A stretch of 63,661 bases of DNA, counting the filler, from Chiloscyllium plagiosum (lineage: Eukaryota): the NCBI RefSeq assembly GCF_004010195.1. It is 3 parts of one record of this genome, joined end to end, with 100 filler letters (N's around TTAATTAATTAA, not from the genome) between each part and the next. Parts side by side here need not be neighbours in the genome. Positions count along the whole stretch, not along the records: positions 1 to 16,103 come from NC_057710.1; positions 16,204 to 41,917 come from NC_057710.1; 1 more part is not named here. One strand, given 5' to 3'. Numbering within the stretch: the first letter of the stretch is position 1; each line of letters opens with the position of its first letter. The notes under the pieces are model-generated. The model was not told the origin of the DNA and did not search any database. It saw only the letters and a program-made list of their open reading frames with translations. A program made the position numbers and the translations under genes. Positions 13,381-24,726 of this stretch are shown in pieces.

Positions 13381-15711
13381 CTAGCGGACACTGAAAGATC
13401 AGAGATACCAACCGAAGTTCTCCTTTAGCTAATTCAGCAATGAGCCTTCTTCTTTGCATTTGAGCTGATTAATTTGATTTTAAAATATTTTATTATGAAT
13501 TTTTTTGAGTGCTTGATAATGCAAATATTCAAAATCAGCACTTTTAGACTCACGCAAATTAAGCAGGAATTGTTTGCCTGATCATAAAACTTATATTTTC
13601 TCAATTTGTAAAATGATATGTTATACATACAGATTAACATGTTAAACATTTCTGCTGGCAGGTAGTAATGGTTTATTGTCAACATATCGCCTTGTTCCCT
13701 GGAATATTGCCAGAAATTGGCAGATTATGGCAAGGCCAACAGTAGAGAAATATGCCAGAAATAGAATCATCACAGGTGATGAGCAGATGGTAAAGAATAG
13801 TGCCTGTTTTAGTTAGACAATAAATTGTATTATCTAAAATATATTTTGCCTGATAAACCAACCCTGAGTCTGTTTGAACTTCAACCCCAGCATGCGGTTG
13901 GCAATCTCATTGAAAAATAAAAAAAACAGGACATTCATCATCATTTTTACTTATACCCCATCTGCATCCCACTCTGTTTCTTCAGCAGTGAACTATTGCC
14001 AACATTATTGCCAAAAAGAGATATTTTATCTTCTGGCAATCATTGCTGTCAGATTTTGACTTTAATTGCAAAATATGCCCAAAGGAATATAATTCAATGC
14101 ACCCAAAGATCAAGCAGTGTATTACAAGACAGCAGAGAGATAAAGCCCTTGTATAGGAACAATGGTTATGTTACTGTTATGATTCAAACTGATGGCAATG
14201 CAGGGCAAATCCAGAATGAAATCTGGCTTGATAAGCGTTAAGTTTCATTTTTGCAATTTGTTTATCATGGTGGTCAGTCACTGAACATATTCACAAAAGG
14301 CTGCCAATGTACTTTTAAGAAAGGAACATAAAAATTAGTACTCAAAAGGGTAAAAAAAACTATCTATTTTACCCTGTACAATGATTTGCTGAAACAGTTT
14401 TACTACAAATATCAAAAATAATTATTCAACACTTTACCCTCAACTACAACATTAATGAATCTCAAACTTCAGAGAAAGTTAAACTTGTTTCCACTTAAAA
14501 TTTCCTTGTTCATTGGGCATGACTGTAATCAATTGCTTTTCAGCAAATTTCTGCATTGACTCAATTTGTTTGGCTCATTTCTCTTCAAAAGACCCTTAAT
14601 CAAATTGCTAATACAGCTCATCTATTTCTTAGCATGAGTTCCTTAAGTACCTCTTCCACAGTCTTGTATTCCTGGAGTTTTTCTCCCATAGCCACTCAGG
14701 ATTTCTTTTCTACTGGTCTGACTACTTAGAGACTGCTAAACAGTATTGCTGTTGTTACAGGATGTCTTATGTCTGAATGATTCACTTCCCTCACTGAAAT
14801 AATCCTGCACACTCACTGACCTTCCAGATGGTTCTGTCTCTCTTACTAGGCAACAACCCAATATTTTTTCTCTCTTTTACCTTTGCTTCTAAGGCACTGG
14901 ACTAATTACCACAAAGCCCTTCACAAGTTAATTTAAATGCATGAAAATAACCTTCCAGACAATGCTCACAGAATTCAAAAATGAAACAAAAATTGAGTCT
15001 CCCCTTCTTTTTACGAAATAGAAATACAAGTCAACCTTAAAACCTTATCCACTTTAGAATCCAAGAGCAGAATCTTACAAGACCCTCAACAATGTGGACT
15101 AAGGTGAGAAATCTGAGAGATTCTCATGAGAAGGCCAATGAGGCCTCTATTGATTTTGGGTACAACAATACACATTTCACAAGTGGTCCAGATATCGAGG
15201 TAAGAGTCTCACAACTGAGCAGCAAGCTGCCTGTTAACTGAAGTTATTGTACCTTACCACCTCTATTACCATGAAACCTCACCGCATTAATATAGCATGC
15301 ACTGAATAGAAATAAGCCTTCAAAAATTACTACGTGAAAGTCAGAGCAGGTACCTGGTGACTGCAGCTCAATACTTGCACCTCTTGTGTGCTATCTTGGA
15401 TACCCAGTACTAATATCTCATTGAACATGGTAAGGCAATAGCTGCGCACCTTCTGTGCATGGATGTTAGAATGTGACATGTGCTCACCACTCCATTCCAT
15501 CATAGCATATTTTTGATCCACTTACAGCACATTTCTACATTTAAATGCTGCACTTGATCTGTACCTGCAAATATCATTAGAATGTTGCTGTGAAGACATC
15601 TCAGGTAGAGGGAGAGACATTCAGCTCACAACTGGACCAGGAAGTATCTCTGAGCTGCTCACTTGTTCTCTTGTAGCTCACAGACTCAGCACTTACCTGG
15701 ATATAATCTAT

Positions 15712-16103
15712 GGGTAAAAACAATGACTGCAGATGCTGGAAACCAGATTCTGGATTAGTGGTGCTGGAAGAGCACAGCAGTTCAGGCAGCATCCGAGGTT
15801 TAGCAGTAAAATCGACGTTTCCGGCAAAAGCCCTTCATCAGGAATAAAGGCAGAGAGCCTAAATCATGGAGAGATAAGTTAGAGGAGGGTGGAGGTGGGG
15901 AGAAAGTAGCATAGAGTACAGTAAGTGAGTGGGGAAGGGCATGAAGGTGATCGGTCGGGGGTGGGGGGAGGGTGGAGTGGATAGGTGGAAAAGAAGATAG
16001 GCAGGTAGGACAAGTCATGGGGACAGTGCTGAGCTGGAAGTTTGGAACTAGGGTGAGGTGGGGGAAGGGGAAATGAGGAAACTGTTGAAGTCCACATTGA
16101 TGC
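15712..16103 (-). mobile_element. PLE family A 3' end, truncated by a scaffold gap
   Basis: Near-identical to 11760-12115 and 24291-24449. Confidence 0.9.
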
Positions 16104-16203
16104 NNNNNNNNNNNNNNNNNNNNNNNNNNNNNNNNNNNNNNNNNNNNTTAATTAATTAANNNNNNNNNNNNNNNNNNNNNNNNNNNNNNNNNNNNNNNNN
16201 NNN
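16104..16203. other. 100-bp scaffolding gap marker (44 N + TTAATTAATTAA + 44 N)
   Basis: Identical construct at 41918-42017; the 12-mer has stops in all frames. Confidence 0.95.
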
Positions 16204-16779
16204 GTTCAGTCTCAACAGAGTCCTGGTCCAGCCTTGGAGAGCCAGGCCCACTCACAAGAACACAGTACATAGTACAGGTGCAGTTAACTCACAGGGGTTT
16301 GGTCCACTCCTGAAGGAAAGGTCTTCTCCCAAACTCCAGGATACAGCAACTGCTCACCTCCCAGCACACACACAGGTGTTCAATCTTCAGAGGCCCAGTC
16401 CAGGGCTAGGCCTCCCCACAGGAACAGCTCCTCTGGTAAAATGCATGTCTTCCACAGGACTCAGTCCAAAACACCAATAGAAAGTGAAGACACATTAATA
16501 AAACAAAGAAAACTACAGTCCAAGGGCTAAGCCCTACCATAAATTAACATTGTCCTTTTCTCAGAAAGAGGAGAGCGTAACACACAGGCTGTAACCAACC
16601 AGTGAAACAACAACCCCCTAATGAGAACGGAGTTACACCCAAAACACATTATGTGCATCAGGAGTTTAACAATAAGTCCTCACTAAAAGGAATGCCAGTT
16701 AACAAACTGGCTAAATAATTCAGCCAGTTCAGGAATCAGGGTTTTTAACCCCCTCCAAAAAAGGGGAAGCAGAAACTGA

Positions 16780-17422
16780 CAGTAACACACTGACTATAAC
16801 ACCAAACAGCACAGAGTCAATCCCCTAAACTGAGAAGACCACTGAATCTCTTGTTTATATCAGTCAGCCAGAGCTTTCCTGATTGGACCAGGTTAACAAC
16901 CCCAGTCAGGGAACTCATAAGATTCCCTGGCAGATGCCTGCCGCTCTTCCGCGGTTATGTTAGAGCCCGGGTGTCCTTGGAGAAGGAGCACGCGGTGTCG
17001 ACCAACACCCTGGAGTTGTTCAGGGAGAGGTGGGCGCCGCAGGGAGTGGAGTGCATCATTTCTCCCTCCAATTCTATTTTGATTTAGTCCCTACCCTCCC
17101 CTTCACTGTTTTGATCACACAGCATTGCCCTTTGATGTGAAGGGCAGTGTTTGTCACTGGCGACCCGGGTGTTTTCCTATCTTCCTGGTGGTGGAAATTC
17201 AATAAAGATTGGTGCACTTTGTGTCTTCCACTGTGTCTCACACCTGCACACACACACTGGGGATAAAATAAGCACTACCGCACTTAGGTGGTAGTGTGGG
17301 GGTTAAATTTAAAAAAAAATGAAAGTAAAAAAATAAGGGATCACCCGGTACGGAGGAAGAAAAAAAAAAGAAAAAAGAGAAAGAAAAAAGATTCCCTGGC
17401 AGACTTTGTTCCAGTCACTTCA
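16780..17422 (-). mobile_element. Gypsy 3' LTR, interrupted by a Tx1 insertion, distal end lost
   Basis: Starts TG at 17422 directly after a polypurine tract (GAGGGAAGGGA, 17423-17433); similar to the solo LTR at 56482-56715. Confidence 0.75.
16935..17389 (+). mobile_element. Tx1/L1-clade non-LTR element 3' end with poly(A)
   Basis: ORF2 C-terminus LFRGYVRARVSLEKEHAVSTNTLELFRERWAPQG; A-rich tail; perfect TSD GATTCCCTGGCAGA at 16921-16934 and 17390-17403. Confidence 0.88.
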
Positions 17423-18068
17423 TCCCTTCCCTCTGAGCCCAAGCATATAGGCTGGTTCTTTTTGTTTGGTAGCTCTTCCTGGGTGTTTTAACATCGACTC
17501 AAATTCTTCCAATCTGCCTCTGATGCAGATGCATATAATGCACACTAGCTTGGCTCTTGTGCCAGGAGCATGTTGGAAGAAGGTGATTCTCTCCTTCAGA
17601 GGGGAGAGGTAATATTTGCCATGTCCATCTCAGATTCTGAGGTACCTTCACTGCTTGATGGAGAGAGAGAACTCTCAGGTTCCAGAACAATCAGAAAGAC
17701 AGTCAAGAAGGGTATGTTTTACTTCTCCACCATTTGCAAGTTTGCAGCTTTCATATGGTCCTTGTGCTTGGTCAGGACCATCGCTCCTACTCGAACTCAT
17801 ACATCAGTGGACCTGACCTAGCATCCACTATGCCTCTTACCCATGCAGGTCATTTCAGTGGTTCCTATATCACACATTGCCCCCTGCAGCAAACTGTCTC
17901 TCTTGCTTAGTGGAGCCTTGTGTCTGCAATTGGTGTTTCTGATGCCATTTCAATATCTCCCCGATGTCTGGGAAGGTCAGGTTTAACATGGTGTGGAGTC
18001 TTCTGCCTAATAGCAACTCTACTGGAGCTATCCTAGTAGTTGGATGAACGATGGTCTGATAATCAAAT

Positions 18069-18229
18069 CTGGATTAGTGGTGCTGGAAGAGCACAGCAGT
18101 TCAGGCAGCATCCAAAGAGCAGCAAAATCGATATTTCGGGCAAAAGCCCTTCATCAGGAATAAAGGCAGTGAGCCTGAAGCATGGAGAGATAAGCTAGAG
18201 GAGGGTGGGGGTGGGGAGCAAGTAGCATA
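18069..18229 (-). mobile_element. PLE family A terminal repeat inserted in the Gypsy integrase region
   Basis: 11-bp TSD GATAATCAAAT at 18058-18068 and 18230-18240. Confidence 0.88.
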
Positions 18230-20616
18230 GATAATCAAATACCAACTGGGATTGTTTGGTATCCAGTGACGTTGTAGGCTCTATCTTTATACCTGTCATC
18301 AAAGTTTGGAGAGCTCTTTCTGCCAGACCATTGGATAATGAATCTTATACAATGAATACCAATCAACTTGAGAAAATAGTGAAAGTACCTGCTGATAAAT
18401 GATCTGTGACCAACACTTCCAGGAGTCTGTGTATTGCAAAACATGCTCACTGTTTTTCTTTAATCATCCCCGTGTTTGACAAATGAACTCTATCCACATC
18501 TAGCCACTTTGAGTGGGCATTCACAATGACTAGGAACATTGAGTCCATGAAAGGACCTGCATAGTCGATGTGGAACTAAGTCCAGTGTTTACCTAGCTGT
18601 TCCCACGAATGTGAGGGAGCTACTGGTGTTAAATTTTGTCCTTGTTGGCACTATCGGCACTGCCCCACTAACGCAGCAATGTCTGCATCCAATCGTGGCC
18701 ACCAGACATAACTTCTTGCCAACGGATTCATTTTGGAAACCTCCAGATGACGCTAATGCACTCCAGCCAGTATCTGATGATGTTCTTTGCTCAGGACAGT
18801 CATTATTGCTTCGCATAATAATATGTCATGCTGTGCTGTGATTTGATCTCTCCAGGTCCAAATTCAGGTTGTGACAGTCCTTTGGTTTCTCCCATCACCA
18901 TCAGCTGTTCCAGTTTTGCCAGGACTATGTCTTTCTGTGTCCAAAGTCTGATATTGTCAGCTGTGACTAGAAGTGCATCCAGAAAAGTTAAAATATTATG
19001 GACTCTTCCAATGGTGGCGTTTCTGGTGGTGTATTTGCCAGTGGGAAGTTGCTCAATAAATCCACATTTGCATCCATACTTGGCCTCCTGGACGCTGTTC
19101 CAACTTGTAATAATACACATTTAGTATTCGAGCCCACCACTGAATTCAGCCTGAAGCTATAGGCAGCACTGCCTTGTCCTCTTTAAGTAGACCAAACAGG
19201 GGTTTTTGGTCAAATTTACATTGGTAATGGTATTGATGGAACTTCGTGTCTCCAAATATGACCGCCAAACCTTCCTTCTCTATGTGGATGTATTTATACT
19301 CTGCATTAGCCAAAATCCTCAATGCATATATGCTATTGGGTGTCCCTTTCCATTGGGCCACCTACAAGTTAGAACTACCCCGGTGCCGTGCTGGGAGGCA
19401 TCGCATGTCGCTACAAGATCTCGCTTGGGATCATAGTGTGCCAACATCTGAGGATGATAGCTGTTTCTTCACTTCAGTTAAGGTTATGGCTTAGCCACGC
19501 AACCATTCCCAGGATTGATCCTTTTTAAGAGTCAATGCAAAGTTTCCAGGATGGAAGCAAAGTTATGTATAAACTTTCCATAATAGTTCACCAGCCCAAG
19601 GAAACACCTAAGCTCTGGTACCAATTGTGGGAGCAGAGGCTCCTTTGATCGCCCTCACTTTATCTTCCAACAGGTGTAACCCGGTCTTGTCAATTCTGTG
19701 GTCCAAGTAAATCACTTGCGGTGTCTGCAACACACATGTTTTCCTTTCTAAGGCATATACCCACCAGAGAGAAATGTCTAAGGACTGTGTTCAAGTTCTC
19801 TAAGTGCTCCTATTAGTCTTCCCTATTATTAGCACATCATCTAGATAAATGGCATCCTGGGGTAGACATTGTAAAATATTCTCCATCATCCGCAGCAAAA
19901 TTGCACAGACTGACGAAATCCCAAGTGGCAGTCTTGTATGTTGGTACAAGCCCTTATGGGTATGAATTGAAGCATACTTCTGCGAATCCTCATATAACCA
20001 CAATTGCCAGCAAGCATGGCTCATGTGAAGGACAGCACCGTACCCCCCCCCCCCCCACCTCATCACTTTTGTGTATAAATCCTCTCTGTGGGATTTTGGA
20101 AATTTATTCATATGCAAAAGATAGTTTACTATTTGTTTAAAATTCCTACAAAGGTGGACTGACCCATTGGGCTTCACAATCGGTATGACCAGTGCTGCCC
20201 ATTCCTTGAACTGGACTGGTTTGGAGATTCCTTTGCTCTCCAGCCTCTTGATTTCTGCCTCTACTTTTGCCCATAAAATAAATGGCATTGGATGGGCCTT
20301 GCAGAATCGTGGAATTGCTTCCTGGTCAACTTGCAAGGTGGCCTTGGCTCCTTTAATAGTCCCTGGACCTTCCTGAAAAACTTCCAGGTATTTAATTGGA
20401 ACTTCACTCAGGCAGCCATTTTCTAATCAAAAAGTTTTGAGCCAATCTCAGTGAATCTTTCTCAATCAATGTCACCCAATCAAGCTTAGGCCCAAGCCTT
20501 TTACAACAATAAGTGGTAACTGAACCAGCTGCTTCACATATGAGACCAGAACCAAAGTTGTACACTTGATCTATAAAGGTTCCCTAGTCTAGGATCTCAG
20601 TTTACCGAGGTCTTTT

Positions 20617-20742
20617 AGATTAGATTAGATTAGATTAGCTACAGTGTGGAAACAGGCCACTTGGCCCAACAAGTCCACACCGACCCTCCAAAGAGTAACC
20701 CACCCAGACCCATTTCCCTCTGACTAACACGATGGACAATTT
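20617..20742 (-). mobile_element. HE1-type SINE 3' fragment
   Basis: (TTAGA)n tail plus acagtgtggaaacaggcc..ggcccaacaagtccacaccgaccc. Confidence 0.85.
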
Positions 20743-21019
20743 CTTTTCTCTTATGTTTTCTCACTGTATCTTAAACTTGCTACCTTAATTTCCCTCTGAG
20801 CCCTCGCAGCAAATATCACAATTGATTTCCACTAAGCTGAGGCCAAAACACTGCGATGGTGACTGGAGGCCATTTTGTCTTATGCAAACGTAAGGGTTGG
20901 AGTCCAGAGTGAAGTTTGTTTTACGACTTGTTCTGTGATCACTGAAATGGCCATGCAGGCATCGATCTTAAAAAAAAGGTTATATTTGACCGGGCTTTAT
21001 TTTGATTAGTTCTGGTTTC

Positions 21020-21600
21020 TTTAGATTTAGACTTAGATTTTAGATTTTATTGTCACACGTACTTAAGTACAGAAGTAAAGGAGTACAGTGAAAAGTGTAT
21101 AATGTGTCCGCACATGGTACCATCTTAGGTTCTAAAGTACCTAGCTACAAGAAAAGCTTAACTACAAAGTAGTAAAAGAAACAAGAGTTTAAAAAATAAG
21201 CCTTATTTCGTAAAATAGTAGAAAAATAAAGAAACACTTTATAGTTAACATGCAAGTCTTTCATAGTTTAAATGAAGAAAATGAAGGAATAAGCTGCCTG
21301 TTCTTGAAGCCGCCATCATAGGTACCGTCACTGCTGCTGAAACTGCCAACTCTTTGATCTCCCCTGATGCCTCAGGAACATGCCCAGACAGGATCCAATC
21401 GCACACCGAGCCAAGACACTGGCAGGAGCCACCGAGAGTCCAATCAACAAATCGCCGAGTGACCAGCTGAGAACCACCAAGAGACCCACCACAAGCCGCA
21501 GTTTCCTTATTTCCTCTCCCCCCACATTATCCCAGTCCCAAGCCTCCAACATGGCACCGCCTTCTTGACCTGTCCATCACCATTTCCATGTATCCGTTCC
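21020..21600 (-). mobile_element. non-coding retroposon with a Rex1/L2-like 3' end (GTGACAATAAA-(ATCTAA)n)
   Basis: Minus strand ends ttttcactgtac...gtgacaataaaatctaa; related copy at 34930-35870 shares tacagtgaaaagtg and agccgccatc. Confidence 0.5.
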
Positions 21601-21619
21601 ATCCCCCCTCTCCGACCTA

Positions 21620-22064
21620 AAACAGTAAAAACCTTGTGTTCGGGGGCCAATCTGTTTAAAATGGCGGAGGGGTCTGCTACAATGGGGTGCAATTTGGAAG
21701 TGACCTTACTTAGTCCTGTATAATCAGTGGCGAGCCTGTAGCTCCCATCAGGCTTTATTACTGGCCACGTTAGGGAATTATTTGTACATTTGGTTTCTTT
21801 CAGGATTCCCTGTTTCACTAGTTCTTGTACTATCTCCACAACTGCTTTTTCTGCTTCGGGTTTTATTGGGTATTGCCGGTGGGGCTTATGCTCTGGTCCA
21901 GGCACCCTTACAGGGTCGATGTTAACTAGATCTGTATCTAACTTTGTTTCTGCCCATGGCTCCGAATCCACCTTTTTCAAGGTTCCAGTCTCTTCTGGTG
22001 ACTGTAGCCACTTTAATAGTTTCAAGGTGACTTGTAAATTTCCCAATCTTGGCCTTTCAATCAT
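21620..22064 (-). pseudogene. pol: endogenous retrovirus reverse transcriptase, N-terminal part only
   Basis: RQYPIKPEAEKAVVEIVQELVKQGIL..NNSLTWPVIKPDGSYRLATDYTGLSKV..LHPIVADP..L..KVFTVL; breaks off before the catalytic Asp and YxDD. Confidence 0.88.
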
Positions 22065-22099
22065 CTTGTCTGGGCCAAATCAATTTCCCTTTCACACAA

Positions 22100-22400
22100 T
22101 CGATTAGAACATTATATTTTCTCATGAGATCGTTGCCCATTATGGTGCCCTCATTATTTTGGCACACATAGAAATTCAAGGGGGTATATACTTTATTTCT
22201 ACGAGGGTAGTTTCACTTAGGTAAGCTGGTTTTTTATCCCCTCCTACACTGGTGAAGTGATTCATTTTATTTGTGTGGGGTAAGGATAAGTTTATGATAG
22301 ATACAGTCGTTCCTGTGTCTACTAGCATTTCACATTTCCTCCCCCTATTACTGCATGTAAATTCTCCCCTCTCCCTTACCCTCACAAATGGGGGCAGCTG
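22100..22400 (-). pseudogene. pro: retroviral aspartic protease, frameshifted
   Basis: MLVDTGTTVSII catalytic motif, flap-like SVGG, downstream TIMGND (minus strand about 22130-22150). Confidence 0.85.
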
Positions 22401-22404
22401 GTTG

Positions 22405-23620
22405 TCAGCTCTGCTGACTTTGAGTGGTGTTCCGGGGGGTTGTTTGGGGGTGCCCCATGCTTTTTCCAGCTTCTATGTGTCCTATTCTGTTGCAGTGGCT
22501 GCAGTATTCTACATTGTTCCCTGCTCTATTCCCTACTCATGGGACCCTACATTCTCGAACAAAGTGCCCCTGTCAGCCACACTTGTGGCAGGATAGTTTT
22601 ATTCTACTCTCGCCTCTATTCCAGTAGACTGCTTGGTCAGGTGTTGCCTTTATTGCAGGAGCTTCTGCCTCTTGCACCCTCTTCGCTCACTCAACTAGAT
22701 CATCATAATCCTGGGGTATTATCACTCACATTTTCAGGATGGCTTGGTGGGCGATAGAGAGCCCATCTTTAAAAGCTTGGATGAATGCCCAGTATCCCCC
22801 ACCGATTCTGGGTTCGTTTGCCCTGAGCATTCCCGATAGACACTAAATAATCATTCCCCATACTCAGAGGCTCCTTCTCCTTTAAATTGCTTAGTGGTCA
22901 TGATCTTGATCCAGTTCATGGGAAGATTTCCTAGCAACCTTTGGATTTCCCCTTTAAAATTGGTGAAGGGGGCTTGTGGGCATCTATCTCAGCTGTAAGG
23001 GTGACAGCATCTGTCCACCGTCCTCCCCTAAAGTCTCGGGCTGCTGCAGCATCGGGTCCACCAGCCAGCTGTCTCCACTTGTCCGCTGGGCAAGCTGCCT
23101 GGACCAGCTGGTGTATGTCCCTCAGCTGTAGTTGGTTCCCTACCCATACACTATCCAGCTCTTCCCAAAACCTGGTATTTGTGCTCCGGGGCTGTAATCT
23201 GCCCAGGGAGGCCATAATTTGCTGCCTCTCCCCTGGGGTGAAGGGTTTATAATTCGCTTTGGGATGTAAGTCTGTTCCTCCTCTTGCGCGGTTCATACAG
23301 ACATAGCAGCCTCCTAGCAAGGCGTGCTCTCTACTGGTGGGACTTCTCTCCCCTACCGGCCACTGCTACTAGTTGGTACCCACCAGTCGGCTGGGAATGC
23401 TGGCGCAATAGGGTTGGCTCTCTACCGGGACTCCTCTATCCTCCCAGCCACCTCTACTGACCTAACACCTCCCGATAGGCCCTCTAGCCCGGTGTGCTCT
23501 CTACCAGTGGGACTCCCTACCATCCCAGTCACCGCTACTTTCAAGCTCCGTCACTATGCTATGGACTGACAAGGTATCATGGTTACTCACATGGCTCCCG
23601 ACCTTTGTAACATGCGCTCC
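22405..23620 (-). pseudogene. gag: retroviral gag (capsid plus decayed Zn knuckle)
   Basis: CA N-terminus YKPFTPGERQQIM..FWEEL..DIHQLV; MHR-like MNWIKIMTTKQFKGEGASEY; knuckle CSHCNRIGH with WKKHG in a shifted frame; 5' boundary uncertain. Confidence 0.75.
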
Positions 23621-23929
23621 CCTGAGGTTTGGCTCTTGATCAGAGTGATCAGCTCCTCTTCCTCACCACATTGGAAATTGCAAATACAAACAGCATCCAA
23701 CTTTTAATTTAAACTCTAACTGGACTCTACGTTGTTCGTCCCCACAGAGTCCAATGTTACCTGACTTTGCCACTTGTGCTTCACAGCTCCTAGTGCCCTT
23801 GGCGCATCAATTCCCACTTCAAATCCCAACCTTTATGTGCGCGCGCGTGTGTGTGTGGGTTGGGGGGGCTACCCCTCTTAACAATCGGTTTAGGGCAGGG
23901 ATTTTGAGGCAGGCACTACCTTGTCCTCT

Positions 23930-24449
23930 AGGTAAAAACAAGGATTGCAGATGCTGGAAACCAGAGTCTACATTAGAATGGTGCTGGAAAAGCACAGCAG
24001 GTCAGGCAGCATCCGAGGAGTAGGAAAATAGACGTTTCGGGCAAAAGCCCTTCATCAGGAATAGAGGCAGGGTGTCTGCAGAGTGGAGAAATAAATGAGA
24101 GCAGGCGGGGGTGGGGAGAAAGTAGAAGCGGAGATGGAGGTGACCTGGGGGTTGCAGTGAGAGAGAGACTCACTGAGATTCTTGTAGAGAGAGGAGGAAA
24201 GCTTCTTCAAGGCAGGCATCCTTGCAAGAGGATTTGCAGTAGGGTTAAACTCAACTAGGTAAAAACAAAGACTGCAGATACAGGAAACTATGTAAAAACA
24301 ATGACTGCAGATGCTGGAAACCAGATTCTGGATTAGTGGTGCTGGAAGAGCACAGCAGTTCAGGCAGCATCCGAGGAGCAGTAAAATCGACGTTTCGGGC
24401 AAAAGCCCTTCATCAGGAATGCAGGCAGAGAGCCTGAAAGGTGGAGAGA
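23930..24449 (-). mobile_element. cluster of PLE family A terminal repeats in the ERV leader
   Basis: Two copies of gacgtttcgggcaaaagcccttcatcagg (about 24031 and 24389), plus three gtaaaaacaa..ctgcagat starts. Confidence 0.88.
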
Positions 24450-24707
24450 TGTTGGAAACTACTCTGTCCTCTGGCTGTTTCAGCACAAGCAGCAGATTCT
24501 TCCAACAGTTAATACAATTAATGTTTATTCTCCACAAAAATGCACCTAACTTTTTAACTCAGTACTGTAGCAAATTAGACATTACAATTGGTATACCTTT
24601 TAAACTGTGTCATTGGCTCGGTCTGACTCTTCTAGTTTGCAGGTACAAATTGGTTCTCACCCCAGCTCCCCAATCGCGGCCTTTGACCAGGGCACCTGTA
24701 ATAACAG

Positions 24708-24724
24708 CCCTGCTCGCATCGCCA
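24708..24724 (-). promoter_or_regulatory. ERV primer-binding site, probably tRNA-Ser
   Basis: TGGCGATGCGAGCAGGG, 2 nt from the LTR end ...ACAACA; differs at 2 positions from the complement of the vertebrate tRNA-Ser(UGA) 3' end as recalled (TGGCGCAGCGAGCAGGG). Confidence 0.7.
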
Positions 24725-24726
24725 AG

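Larger units (their letters stand above)
17423..21000 (-). mobile_element. Gypsy/Ty3 LTR retrotransposon internal 3' half (PR remnant-RT-RNaseH-IN), decayed
   Basis: RT WAALVIPIVKPNGSVHLC, THKGLYQHTRLPLGI, YLDDVLI; RNaseH EKEGLAVIFG..KFHQY; integrase HIDYAGPF..FLVIVNAHSKW; Gypsy order RT-RH-IN. Confidence 0.92.

Noticed and set aside
21620..23620. Endogenous foamy virus call
   Set aside because: RT has a foamy-like QYPI..KQG..PVxKPDG, but gag has a Zn knuckle and an MHR-like motif and the PBS is Ser-type rather than Lys, all unlike spumaviruses.
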